This document shows, one piece after another, positions 24,730 to 34,766 of a stretch of DNA of 64,000 nt (positions are counted from its first letter, which is position 1; each line of letters opens with the position of its first letter). The notes beneath the pieces were generated by a model. That model worked only from the letters and a program-made list of their open reading frames with translations. It made no database searches and had not been told where the DNA came from. The stretch is from an uncultured delta proteobacterium. Its GTDB lineage: Bacteria > Myxococcota > Myxococcia > Myxococcales > Myxococcaceae. The stretch spans positions 320,001 to 384,000 of the forward strand of contig CAVYSY010000033.1 of the NCBI GenBank assembly GCA_963771175.1. Reading direction: 5' to 3'. The position numbers and the translations under genes were made by a program.

Positions 24730-26631
24730 CTACTTCGGCATCATCCCGAAGGCCTTGAGCATCGCCACGGCGATGCCCATGAGGCTCTCGCCAGCGATGA
24801 AGCCCGAGCCCACCGGGCAGCACGGTGGCCTCGGCCAGCTTCGGCTTGAAGCGGCGCAGGCACCTCGGCGATGGCCGCGCCGATGAAGAAGGCAATGGAG
24901 CTGGCGCCCGGAATGACGATGGCCAGTCCCGAAGCCCGCGGCCGACGGGATGAACGGCTTGGCCTTCTTCGGCGCCCAGCGATCCAGCAGCACCAGCGCC
25001 GACGCCCAGCGACAGCGCCGCACAGCGCGCCGATGCGGGCGACTGGTGCAGCGCGCTCACGCCCGTTGACGAGCATCTTCGACACGCCGGCCCACACCAG
25101 CGACGCGGGCGCCGGGAACTCCTCGGTGCCCAGCACGTCCGCGCTCGGCACCAGCAGGTTGAAGGCCGGCACCACCACCGCCGCCCCGGCCACCACGCCG
25201 AAGAGCTGCGCGATGAACTGCTTGCGCGGGTTGGCGCCGAGCAGCCAGCCCGGTCTTGAGGTCCGTCAGCAGGTCCGCCGCGTGCAGGCCCACGCCGCCC
25301 GTGGCATTGGCGCTCATCACGTTGGCGGCGAGGTTGCCGGGCAGCAAGGCCGCCGTAGATGAGCTGCGTCACCGGCCCGAGCGCCTTGGTGGGCGTGGTG
25401 TCCGTCTCGCCGGTGACGCGCGCGGCGATGACGCCCATCACCACCGACAGCGGCAGCGCGAGCACGCCGGCCCACCACGGAATCTGGAAGAGGTACGCCA
25501 TCAGCCCCACCACCACCGGGCCCGAGCACCAGCGAAGCCCAGCGGGAACCAGGTGGGCGGGCACTCGACGTCGGCGAGCGGATCCTTCTCCTCCTCGCCC
25601 TTCTTCCCGAACAGCCCCGAGAGCGCCTGGAAGGATTTGGCCACGCTCCGCCACTGGAAGGCGAAGGACAGCACGCCCGACGAGACGAGCACCGAGGCGC
25701 CCGTCCACAGCGATCCACGCGTTGATGGCCTTGTACGTCACCTCCGGGATGACGCCGCGGCTCGACCATCTCGGGGGCGAGGAAGCCGTAGGTGAAGACG
25801 GCGCCCAGCAGCATGGACCAGCCCGTCTTGAAGCTCACCAGCGCCCCGGCGCCCACCAGCAGCAGGCTCAGGTCGAACGAGAGCGTCCACGCCCCCGCCG
25901 GCTTGCCGCCGAGGGTGAAGGGCAGGCTCAGCTTGGCGGGCAGGTTCCACGCGCAGCCACGAGGCCTTCGCGTCCCGCGCAGAAGGCGATGAGGGCCCCC
26001 ACGAGGCCCGCGATGCCGAGGAAGCGCGCCTTGCCGCGCGAGGCCTCATCCTGCCCGTGGAGCGCCTGGAGCGTCTCGGCGGTGGCCGTGCCCGTGGGGA
26101 ACGGGAGCTGCTCGATGTTGACGAGCTGGCGCTTGATGGGGATGGCGGCGAAGACGCCCATCGCGGACGATCACCGCGAACCACGCCACCAGCCACCCCG
26201 TGGACGGCAGCGCCCCGGTGAGCATCAGCAGCGCGGGCACCGCCGCCATGTTGCCACCGCCCGTCATGTACCCCGCCGCCGAGGCCACCGAGCCCACCGC
26301 GTTGTTCTCCAGCGCGGAGACCTCCGTCTTCACCAGCCCCACGGCCGCGCAGGAGGCCGAAGATCGAGAAGGAGAGGATGCACGCGGTGATGGTGACGCC
26401 CAGGCTCCAACCCGTCTTGAGGATGACGTACAGGTTGGAGAGGCACATCACCGCGCCGATCAGCATGCCGGCGATGACGGCCCGCACGGTGAGCTGGCGC
26501 GCCTCCCCCTTGTAGACGTTCTCCAGCCAGTACCGTTCCGGGTCCTGGGTAGCGGAGGCGGAGCGCCGCAGAGAGTCGGTCTCGGGCGAAATCGGGAGCT
26601 GCTGGGGCGAGGGCGAAGCGGACTGGCTCAT
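24730..26631 (-). CDS. OPT-family oligopeptide transporter; many frameshifts
   Basis: QLTVRAVIAGMLIG, SNLYVILKTGW, LENN, LPFPTGTATA, GETD and DLLTDLKTG motifs across several frames. Confidence 0.85.
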
Positions 26632-26697
26632 TGGAGTCGCAACGTTACCGGAACAACCCCTCTGGGACGAGCATCCTTCGCCCTCGCGGCCGCCTGC

Positions 26698-27192
26698 TCA
26701 GTGCTCGTGCCCGTGAGCGCCGCCCGGGCCGTGGGCGTGGCCGTGCTGCTTCTCCTCGTCGGTGGCCGCGCGGACTTCACGCACCGTCACGTCGAAGTGG
26801 AGCGTCTTGCCGGCCATCGGGTGGTTGAGGTCCACCACCACCGAGTCCCCCTTCAGCTCGCGGATGGTGATGGGGATGACGTCCCCGCCCTCCGTCTGCG
26901 CCGAGATGGTCACTCCCGGTTGGATGGGGGCGTTCGGGGGGAACATGTCGCGGGGCACCGTCTGGAGGCCGCGCGGGTCGTGCTCGCCGTAGCCCTGCGA
27001 GGGAGGCACCACCACCAGCTTCGACTCGCCGACGGCCATGCCCTCGAGCTGCCCCTCCAGGCCCGGGACGATCTGCCCCCGACCATGCATGTAGGCGAGC
27101 GGCTGGCCGGGCTCACTCTGATCGACGACTTCCCCATCACCGAGGTGCAACCGGTACTCCAACGAGACGACGCTGTCCTTGGACACCTTCAT
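26698..27192 (-). CDS. slyD: FKBP-type peptidyl-prolyl isomerase SlyD
   Basis: YMHGRGQIVPGLE, VDLNHPMAGKTLHF and a His-rich tail. Confidence 0.92.
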   Translation of the reverse strand: MKVSKDSVVSLEYRLHLGDGEVVDQSEPGQPLAYMHGRGQIVPGLEGQLEGMAVGESKLVVVPPSQGYGEHDPRGLQTVPRDMFPPNAPIQPGVTISAQTEGGDVIPITIRELKGDSVVVDLNHPMAGKTLHFDVTVREVRAATDEEKQHGHAHGPGGAHGHEH

Positions 27193-27264
27193 GTGGGCTG
27201 CTCCTTCTGTCCTACGGGTATGGGACGGCAATGCGGCCGGGGCAACCCGAGCCTCCTCGGATGC

Positions 27265-28551
27265 TCAGGAGGCGGGCGACTCGGGCTGGAGCGCGACGGG
27301 CTCGGGCTCGGCCTCGAGGGCCGGCTCGCCGCGGGAGACGTAGACGGCGGCGGCCAGGTCTCCCGTCACGTTGAGCGTGGTGCGGCACATGTCGAGGAAG
27401 CGGTCCACGCCCAGCACCAGCGCCAGGCCCTCGGGCGGAATCTTGAAGAGGCCCAGAATCATCGCGATGACGGGGATGGAGCCGGCCGGAACGCCCGCCG
27501 TGCCGATGCCCGCCAGCACGCAGATGAACATGACGATCGCCTGGTCCGACAGGCTGAGCTGCACGCCGAACACCTGCGCCAGGAAGAGCACGGTGACGCC
27601 CTCGAAGAGCGCGGTGCCGTTCTGGTTCATCGCCGAGCCGGCGGTGAGCACGAAGCGCGACACGTTGCGCGGCAGCTTGAGGTTCTCCTCGGCCACCTTC
27701 AGCGCGGTGGGCAGCGTGGCGCTGGAGGACGCGGTGGAGAAGGCGGTGACGATGGCCAGGCGGCTGTCGCGGAAGAAGGCCAGCGGGTTGCGCCCTCCGA
27801 GGAAGCGCACCGACAGCGAGTACACGCCGAACATGTGCAGCCCGAGCGCCAGCAGCACCACGCCCACGTAGGACGCCACCTGCATCAGCACGCCCATGCC
27901 CAGGCGCGCCATCATGCTGAAGAGCAGCGCCCCCACGCCGATGGGCGCCAGCTTCAGCACCCCGTCGATGAGCTTCATCATCACGTCGTAGAGGCCTTGA
28001 ATCGTCTCTCGCAGCCGCTGCGCGCCCTCGGTCGGCGTCAGGGCCAGGCCCAGGCCGAAGATGAGCGAGAAGACGATGAGGGCGATCATGTCCCCGTCCG
28101 CCGCCGCCTTCACCGGGTTGCTGGGGATCATCGCGGCGATCAGCGAGGGCACCGAGGTGCTGCTCGGCGCGGGGGCGGCCTGCACCGAGGTGCCCTTCAT
28201 CGCCAGCGCGCGCGCCTCGTCGCTCAGCCCCACGCCCGGCTTCAGCGTGTTGACCAGCACCAGCCCGATGAGCACCGCGATGCTGGAGATGACCACGGTG
28301 TAGCCCAGGGTCCGCAGACCCAGCCGACCAAGCTGCTTCAGGTCCAGCTCGCACACGCCCATCACCAGCGCGGCGAAGAGCAGCGGCACCACCAGCATCA
28401 GCAGCGCCCGGAGGAAGAGCTGCCCCACCAGCCCGGTGATGTTCGTCACCACCCAGTCGAGCCAGGGCGTACCTCCGGCCAGGAGATTGGCGGCGATACC
28501 CGCCACCGTGCCGATGGCGATGCCCAGGAGCATCTTCTGGTGCTGCTTCAT
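27265..28551 (-). CDS. Dicarboxylate/amino acid:cation symporter (DAACS, GltP-like)
   Basis: AFSTASSSATLP, AMNQNGTAL, GTAGVP and DRFLDMCRT. Confidence 0.92.
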   Translation of the reverse strand: MKQHQKMLLGIAIGTVAGIAANLLAGGTPWLDWVVTNITGLVGQLFLRALLMLVVPLLFAALVMGVCELDLKQLGRLGLRTLGYTVVISSIAVLIGLVLVNTLKPGVGLSDEARALAMKGTSVQAAPAPSSTSVPSLIAAMIPSNPVKAAADGDMIALIVFSLIFGLGLALTPTEGAQRLRETIQGLYDVMMKLIDGVLKLAPIGVGALLFSMMARLGMGVLMQVASYVGVVLLALGLHMFGVYSLSVRFLGGRNPLAFFRDSRLAIVTAFSTASSSATLPTALKVAEENLKLPRNVSRFVLTAGSAMNQNGTALFEGVTVLFLAQVFGVQLSLSDQAIVMFICVLAGIGTAGVPAGSIPVIAMILGLFKIPPEGLALVLGVDRFLDMCRTTLNVTGDLAAAVYVSRGEPALEAEPEPVALQPESPAS

Positions 28552-28614
28552 CCGGAAGCCTCTTGCGTGTCGCTGGGGGACGAATCCCCCTGTGGGGACA
28601 GAGGGCCGCTCAGC

Positions 28615-29448
28615 CTACCGGTGATTCACGGTGGCGGATACCTTGTCGTCGGGGGCGGATGTCTCCGGCTGGACCCCAGCTCCCCGAGCCAGCTCACTCG
28701 CCGTCTCCCGGAGCCGACGGGTGACGCGCTCGGCCCACTCGGGCTCCACCTCCAGGCACGCCGCCTTGCGCCCCAGCCGCAGCGCCGCCGACGGCATCGA
28801 GCCACTGCCCGCGAACGGGTCCAACACCCAGTCCCCCGGCCGGCTCCACGTGCGCACCAGGGGCTCCAGCACGGAGAAGGGCTTGTGGTGCGGGTGGTTG
28901 CCCCAGCGCGCCGCCTCGGCGTCATCGTCGTAGCCCCCCACCACTGCCCAGACGGTGGGCAGCCCCGCCGGATCCAACGGCGGCTCGGGCGTGCGCGAGA
29001 GGACGAGCGCCACCTCGTAGACTCGCAGCGTCTGCTCGTTGGCGTTCTTGTCCGTGGTGCGCTTGCCCCAGACGTACTCGCCCCGCAGGTGGCTGAAGCC
29101 CAGCGAGCGCGCCACCGCGAGGATGGGCTCCTTGCCCAGCAGGTTCGTCCAGATGGCCAGCGTCGCGTCCGGCGTCAGGTGCGCCACCGCGCGCGTCATC
29201 CACGCCTCGGTGAAGGCGCGGTAGTCGCGCACCGTCTCGAAGCGCACGATGGGGTTGCGGTCGATCTTCTTGTTCGCGCGGGCATCTCGCAGGTCCCCGC
29301 CCTTGCGACGCCGCGTGAGCAGGCAGTACGGCGGATCCGTGTGCAGGAAGGTGGCCTTCGTCTCCCCCAGCACCGCTCGATAGCCCTGGGGCTCCCGCGC
29401 ATCGGCCCGCTGGCAGCGGAAGGACTCGCTCTCGTCGTGAGGATTCAT
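28615..29448 (-). CDS. Orphan N6-adenine/N4-cytosine DNA methyltransferase (beta-class motif order)
   Basis: Catalytic TDPPY precedes HPHHKP and the SAM-binding VLDPFAGSGS. Confidence 0.8.
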   Translation of the reverse strand: MNPHDESESFRCQRADAREPQGYRAVLGETKATFLHTDPPYCLLTRRRKGGDLRDARANKKIDRNPIVRFETVRDYRAFTEAWMTRAVAHLTPDATLAIWTNLLGKEPILAVARSLGFSHLRGEYVWGKRTTDKNANEQTLRVYEVALVLSRTPEPPLDPAGLPTVWAVVGGYDDDAEAARWGNHPHHKPFSVLEPLVRTWSRPGDWVLDPFAGSGSMPSAALRLGRKAACLEVEPEWAERVTRRLRETASELARGAGVQPETSAPDDKVSATVNHR

Positions 29449-29479
29449 CCGGCGTGCACCCTACCCCAGCCTCCCCGCT

Positions 29480-29737
29480 TCACCACCGCCCTATGAACGG
29501 CCGCCCCATGCGCGGCTCGGCCCGCGTGACGGCGAGGATTTGTCCCACGGACACCCGCTCGTGCGACTTGAAGACGGCGAAGTCGTCCCCCTGCTCGGTG
29601 ACGACGTCCACTACCTCGTCGATGAAGGCCTCGCCCTCGCGGAGCTGGACCGCCACCGACCGGTGCCGCAGGACCGCCTCCTCGAGCACGTCGATGAAGT
29701 CACAGCGACCCACCTCGTCCTGGCATATCCGGGTCAT
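29480..29737 (-). CDS. Rho-binding antiterminator Rof (YaeO)-like protein
   Basis: 85 aa; CDFIDVLEEAVLRHRSVAVQLREGE resembles the Rof N-terminal CDxYDxLE pattern; RBS GGGGAGG. Confidence 0.6.
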   Translation of the reverse strand: MTRICQDEVGRCDFIDVLEEAVLRHRSVAVQLREGEAFIDEVVDVVTEQGDDFAVFKSHERVSVGQILAVTRAEPRMGRPFIGRW

Positions 29738-30007
29738 CGCCTCCCCACCTCCGGCGCAGTCCCTCCGCCGCGCCGCGTCCAGTAAGCGTAATGTCTTCCC
29801 AAGCCCCTCGCCCTCCAGAAAGTCCCGAGGGCTCGTCCGCCCCCTGAATCCGCACTCCAGGCCATAATGTCGGCGGTTGGCCGCATGTCCACCCTTCCCC
29901 GTTGGCTGACGCACACCTCCTGGCCCCGGGTTCCATGTGGGGACGGCCCCGCCTGGGAGGCCAGTGGTAACTCGGACGGAGACCCTCTCCGCAGGAGATT
30001 CCCCGCC

Positions 30008-30400
30008 ATGCGTCCGACCCTGCTCGCGGGCAGTGCGCTGCTCGCCTTCGCCGCCCTCGGCTGTGCCCCCTCGCCAGAGGAGGTATGCCGCAAGATGGTC
30101 GACCAGCTCTGCGAGCGGAACTTCGCGTGCCGGACGGACAAGGACACGGCCGTGTTCAAGTACGCCTACGGCGCCGACGTGAACGAGTGCAAGACGAAGT
30201 TCTACGCCTCCAACGAATGCGGCGAGCGACAGGAGGATGCGCAGAACTGCGTCGGCTCCAACTCGGGCAAGCGCGAGTTCAACGCCAGCAAGTTCGCCGA
30301 CTGCCAGGAGGCCCTCGCCGGGCTCTCCTGCCAGGAGTACGTCAACCAGCAGAACGACCCGAAGCAGACCCCCGCCGTCTGCCAGCAGATCTGCCAGTAG
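30008..30400 (+). CDS. Cys-rich lipoprotein
   Basis: Lipobox ALGC, about 10 further Cys, RBS AGGAG. Confidence 0.7.
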   Translation: MRPTLLAGSALLAFAALGCAPSPEEVCRKMVDQLCERNFACRTDKDTAVFKYAYGADVNECKTKFYASNECGERQEDAQNCVGSNSGKREFNASKFADCQEALAGLSCQEYVNQQNDPKQTPAVCQQICQ

Positions 30401-30421
30401 GCCCGAGCGTCCGCCCCGGAC

Positions 30422-31612
30422 TCATCTCTTGCGCCGACCCCGCCGCGGGGTGCCGAGCCTCCGGGCCTCCTCCACCCAGCGACCCTGGAGACGCGCCTCG
30501 GTCGCGAGCGACTCGTCCCAGGAGGGCCCGTCCGGCAGCATCCGTTGCGCGTATTCGAGCATGAGCCGCTCCAGCGCGCGCTCCTCGCACACCCGACGCA
30601 GCTCGTGCGCGTCCAGGCCGCAGGCCGCGAGGTAGGCCTCGCGCTCCTTCGGCGGAATGCCCAGGTGCGCCCACCACTCCGTCTCGGCCCGCGCCACCTC
30701 CTCGGGAGTGGGTGCGAGGCCGAGCGTCCGCGCCTGGCCCGCGAGCAACGCCCTCCGCAATCCCGCCTCGGCCAACGCCGCCGCGTCGGGTGACTCGTGC
30801 AGCGCCGCGAGCACCGCCTCCGAGGACACCAGGTCCTCCCCCACCGCGCACAGGCCCTCCACGAGGCGCCGGCGGCGCACATAGGAGGACGGCGCGGCCC
30901 GGCCGGTGCTCGCTCGCATGGGGGCCCGTGCTCCCGAGGCGACGAATGCCGCGGCCGTCTGGATGCAGGCCCGCGCGTCCTCGCGCTTGAGGTCCTCGAG
31001 GCCTCCCGCGGCCCAGGCGTCCCACTTCGCCCGGGTGGCTGGACGCCATGCCTGCGTCACCGCCGCCAGCACCCGGGGCCAGGTGCGGTCCTGGTAGAAG
31101 AGGGCCTCGGCCGCGTCCACCAGCGCCTGGGCCTCGCGAGGGGCGAGCACCCGCGCGAGCCGCGCCAGCCGGGCCGCGTGGCGCACGTTGACGAGTGGTA
31201 CCGTGAAGGCCCGGAAGCCGTGCTCCGCGTCGGCGTGGAGCAGCGCCACCTCGGAGTCGTCCACCAGCTCGCCTCGGCGGTAGGCCTCGAAGATGTGGCC
31301 CACGCCCACCACGCCGTGCTCATGGAGCTCCGCCGCGCGCAGGGCGCCCATGCTGCCCCCGCCGAACACCGCCACCCCGGCATCGAGCGCGGCCAGCAAC
31401 TCGTGGTGCCACACGGAGGGCTGCGCCTCGAAGACGCCGTCCACCAGCGCGATGGCCCTCGGGCGCAGCGAGAGCGCCCGCCACACGTCGCCCTGGCGCG
31501 CGGGCGGCAGCACGCGGCACGGTGCCAGCGCGAGGGCCTCCTCCTCCGGCAACGAGGGGCCGAGGAAGACGACGAGGTCATCGGGACGGGAGGGGGCCGG
31601 ACGGCGTTTCAC
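30422..31612 (-). CDS. tfuA: TfuA-like protein with C-terminal extension
   Basis: VFLGPSL, PPARQGD, VDGVFEAQPSVWHHE, SMGALRAAEL, DDSEVALLH and VPLVNVR. Confidence 0.9.
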   Translation of the reverse strand: MKRRPAPSRPDDLVVFLGPSLPEEEALALAPCRVLPPARQGDVWRALSLRPRAIALVDGVFEAQPSVWHHELLAALDAGVAVFGGGSMGALRAAELHEHGVVGVGHIFEAYRRGELVDDSEVALLHADAEHGFRAFTVPLVNVRHAARLARLARVLAPREAQALVDAAEALFYQDRTWPRVLAAVTQAWRPATRAKWDAWAAGGLEDLKREDARACIQTAAAFVASGARAPMRASTGRAAPSSYVRRRRLVEGLCAVGEDLVSSEAVLAALHESPDAAALAEAGLRRALLAGQARTLGLAPTPEEVARAETEWWAHLGIPPKEREAYLAACGLDAHELRRVCEERALERLMLEYAQRMLPDGPSWDESLATEARLQGRWVEEARRLGTPRRGRRKR

Positions 31613-32823
31613 AGCAACTCCGAGACGAGCAGGCCCGGCACCACCACGCGCACCACGTGGAGTCCGGGGAGAGGGGCATCCAGATCGACGGCGGCGGCCC
31701 GGGGGAAGCCCGCCCGAGCGAGCCGGGCCAGCACCTCGCGCACCGCCTCCTCCGGCGAGGACACCTCATGGGAGAGCTCGGGCATGGACTCGATGGATCG
31801 GCGCGGGCGCACCTCGGCACAGGCGGCGGCCAGGGCCAGGGCCGGCTCCCGGTCCGCCGCGGCCACATCCTCACGGGCGCCGTGGATGTCGGTCAGGCGA
31901 GACTGCGCCGCCTCCAGCAGGGCGCCGAGCAGGGCCTGGTCCCGACTCAGTGAACACGCGTAGCCCGCCGCCAGGGGCACGGGGCCCTGCTCCCGGTCCA
32001 CGAGAAGGGCCGCGCCCACGGGCAGGCCCGCGGCGCCAGGAGAGCGCGCGCCGGGGGTGAGGTCGAAGAGGTGGACAGCGAAGCCGCGCTGCCCCAGAGC
32101 CCCGGCGAGCGCCGCCGTGCGGGGAGCACCCTTCTCCAGTCCCGAGGGGCGCAGCATGCGCGAGCGAAGCGCCTCCTCCGTCCAACCGTCCGGGAGGAGG
32201 CGTGCGAGCTGGTCGCGCTCCGTCGCCTCCAGCAGCGCGTGCAGGAGCGCCCGCGAGCGCTCGGAGTGGGCGCCCGAGCCGTTGCTCGTCCACTGGACGC
32301 TCACCGGGCCGAGAGCCGGCGCTCCCGTGGGCGGGCAGTACACGCCCTGGGCGGGGACGAGCACGGGCGCACCCGAGTGCAGCTCGGTCGCCTCGCGCCA
32401 CGCGCAGCGCACCTCGCGGCCCCACAGGCGAGGAACGACTACCGCGCCCCGAGTGCCAAGGGCCTCGGCCCCCCAGGCGGCGCGCCCCCGGGCCTCCAGC
32501 CCCGCCAGGGACCCCCAGAGGAGCCGCTCCGGCGGCACCGTCTCCGCGGCCCACAGTTCCGCCGTCTCCAGGAGGGCCCCGGCCTTCGCGGCCTGGAAAT
32601 CCAAGCCCTTCCCATTGCACACCTGCAGCACGTAGCCGCCTGGACGCACGGCGGCGGCCACCTCCACGCCCGCCCGGTCCAGCCCGGTCACCCGCGCCAC
32701 CCGGGTGACGCCGAGCGCGCGGGCGAGCCGGTCGAGGAAGGAAGGTGTCAAAGGGGTTACAGGAGGGAGGGGCACGGCGGAGCTCGGGGGCGGGAAGTGC
32801 GTGGGCCTGGCGGCGGGAAGCAT
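31609..32823 (-). CDS. ycaO: YcaO-family protein (TfuA-associated thioamide synthetase type)
   Basis: GVTRVARVTGLDRAG, NGKG, SNGSGA, LLEATERD, EAAQSRLTDIHGARED and VVVPGL; overlaps tfuA (GTGA). Start position uncertain. Confidence 0.88.
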   Translation of the reverse strand: MLPAARPTHFPPPSSAVPLPPVTPLTPSFLDRLARALGVTRVARVTGLDRAGVEVAAAVRPGGYVLQVCNGKGLDFQAAKAGALLETAELWAAETVPPERLLWGSLAGLEARGRAAWGAEALGTRGAVVVPRLWGREVRCAWREATELHSGAPVLVPAQGVYCPPTGAPALGPVSVQWTSNGSGAHSERSRALLHALLEATERDQLARLLPDGWTEEALRSRMLRPSGLEKGAPRTAALAGALGQRGFAVHLFDLTPGARSPGAAGLPVGAALLVDREQGPVPLAAGYACSLSRDQALLGALLEAAQSRLTDIHGAREDVAAADREPALALAAACAEVRPRRSIESMPELSHEVSSPEEAVREVLARLARAGFPRAAAVDLDAPLPGLHVVRVVVPGLLVSELL

Positions 32824-32857
32824 GCTAGGGGAGGCCGGGCCCAGGAGGAGGAAGAAG

Positions 32858-33325
32858 ATGCTCGACGTGGGAGATGCCGCCCCGGACTTCTCCGGGACCG
32901 ATTGCCAGGGACGCGCCTTCTCGCTCTCCGCGATGCGGGGGCGGCGGGTGGTGCTCTTCTTCTTCCCCAAGGCCTTCACCATCGGCTGTACCGAGGAGAC
33001 GCGGCACTTCCGCGACAACCACGAGCACATCCGGGCGCTCGGAGCGGAGCTGGTGGGCGTGTCGGTGGACACGGTGAAGACGCAGTGCGCCTTCGCCGAG
33101 CAGGAGAACATCCACTTCCCGCTGCTGGGCGACGAGGAGCGCACCATCAGCAAGGCGTATGACGTGCTCTGGCCCGTGCTGAACGTGGACCGGCGCGTCA
33201 CCTACATCATCGACCCGAGCGGATACATCGAGACGGTCATCCGCCACGAGGTGCGCGTCTACCGGCATCTGGACGACGTGCTGCGCTACCTGCGGGAGCA
33301 CCCGCTGGAGGCGGCGGGCGCCTAG
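32858..33325 (+). CDS. bcp: Peroxiredoxin, BCP/PrxQ family
   Basis: GDAAPDF, FFPKAFTIGCTEE and RVTYIID. Confidence 0.88.
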   Translation: MLDVGDAAPDFSGTDCQGRAFSLSAMRGRRVVLFFFPKAFTIGCTEETRHFRDNHEHIRALGAELVGVSVDTVKTQCAFAEQENIHFPLLGDEERTISKAYDVLWPVLNVDRRVTYIIDPSGYIETVIRHEVRVYRHLDDVLRYLREHPLEAAGA

Positions 33326-33370
33326 GGTTCACAGGAGCAGAGGTACTCGTGGTAGCGAGCTTTCGCGCTG

Positions 33371-33941
33371 TCAGTGCGCGTCGAGCTCTCCCAGACGCTT
33401 CTCCAGGTCCTCGCCGAGCTCCGTCGGCCGGCGCAGCACCGAGGCCATCAGGACCACCGTGCCATCCGTCCGGTCGACACGGGTATGCACCTGACGAAAG
33501 CCCTCCTGGAGATCCTGCATGAGTTGTCCGCGCAGTTTATCGCCCCACTCGTAGAACAGGCCCTCCCAGTCCCTCGAGCCACCCTTCCTGTGTGGCCATC
33601 CGGACTTCCAGAGCGCCCATCCGCCCCTCCAGCTTGTCCATCCGGGACTCCAGCTTGTCCATCCGGGACTCCAGCTTGTCCATCCGGGACTCCAGCTTGT
33701 CCATCCGGGACTCCAGCTTGTCCATCCGGGACTCCAGCTTGTCCATCCGGGATTCCAGCTTGTCCATCCGGGCGTTCAGACCCTCCATCTGAGCGCCCAG
33801 ACCCTGCACCTGAGCGCTCAGACCCTGCACCTGAGCGCCCAGACCCTGCACCTGAGCGCTCAGACCCTGCACCTGAGCGCCCAGACCCTGCACGGCCTTC
33901 AGGATCTCGGCGCCCATCTCGCCACTCATCGTCTCCACCAT
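33371..33941 (-). CDS. Heptad-repeat coiled-coil protein; frameshift near 33565
   Basis: RBS GAGGAG, then (VQGL[G/S]AQ)x5 and (MDKLESR)x7. After removing one base it continues GLEGLFYEWGDKLRGQL...ELDAH* to 33371. Confidence 0.6.
33628..33893. repeat. Two adjacent 21-bp tandem repeat arrays (VNTR)
   Basis: TCCAGCTTGTCCATCCGGGAC x7 (33628-33774) and CTGAGCGC[C/T]CAGACCCTGCAC x5 (33789-33893). Confidence 0.95.
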
Positions 33942-34148
33942 CGTCGCTCCCTCCTCGCCCTCCCGGGCAGTCCATGAGCCGCCCTGACCCGCGACTCGCA
34001 GCATGGCGGAGCCTTCCGCCAGCGCGAGCACCAATATAACCTTTCAAGTAGGGTCCACGCAACTACCTGGCAGAACACCCGCCCCCGCCGGGACGTCCGC
34101 GAGAAAAATCGCCTTTAACTTTTCGCCGGCTCCGGGGTTTGTAGGGGC

Positions 34149-34766
34149 GTGAGGGCCCTGGACCCATCCCTGGCGCTGATGGAGGCCGCCACCGAGCCGA
34201 GTGACGAGGCGCTGTGCCGCGCCTTCCTGGCGGGTGATCAGGCGGCCTTTGGCACGCTGGTGGAGCGACACCGGGCCCTGATCTTCTCCCTGATGCGGCG
34301 CTACGCGACCCGGCCCGAGGACGCGGCGGACCTCGCCCAACAGGCGTTCCTGCGAGCCCTGGAGGCCTCTCGCCGCGTCTTCTCCCGCTGGAGCCCCACC
34401 GGCCCCACGCCCTTCCGGGCCTGGCTGGTCCGCATCGCGCTCAACCTGGCGAAGAACCACGCCCGCCAGGGACTGCGCTGGCGCCGGATGGAACTGGTGG
34501 AGGTGACAGAGGCCGCCGCCCCGGACGAGTCCGCGCAGGAGGCCCTGGAGCGCGCCGAGCGGGAGCGACAGGTACGCGCCGCGGTGCTCGCCCTGCCCCG
34601 CCGCCAGCGGGAGGTGCTGACGCTCCGGGTGGACGGAGGGCTCGGCTTCCGAGAGATCGCCGAGACGCTCGGCATCACCGAGACGAACGCGAAGGTGAAT
34701 TTCCATCACGCCGTGAAGCGCCTGCGGGCGCAGGTGGCGGACACGCCCGAGGAGGGGCGCCCATGA
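34149..34766 (+). CDS. ECF RNA polymerase sigma-70 factor
   Basis: AFGTLVERH, AADLAQQAFL, FRAWLVRIALN, and region 4 LPRRQREV..EIAETLG. Confidence 0.9.
   Translation: MRALDPSLALMEAATEPSDEALCRAFLAGDQAAFGTLVERHRALIFSLMRRYATRPEDAADLAQQAFLRALEASRRVFSRWSPTGPTPFRAWLVRIALNLAKNHARQGLRWRRMELVEVTEAAAPDESAQEALERAERERQVRAAVLALPRRQREVLTLRVDGGLGFREIAETLGITETNAKVNFHHAVKRLRAQVADTPEEGRP

Noticed and set aside
30008..30400. Cys-rich ORF as YcaO-TfuA precursor peptide
   Set aside because: It is a convergently transcribed lipoprotein with no leader/core structure.
33628..33893. Possible CRISPR array
   Set aside because: The 21-bp units are contiguous with no spacers, encode heptads, and have no cas genes nearby.
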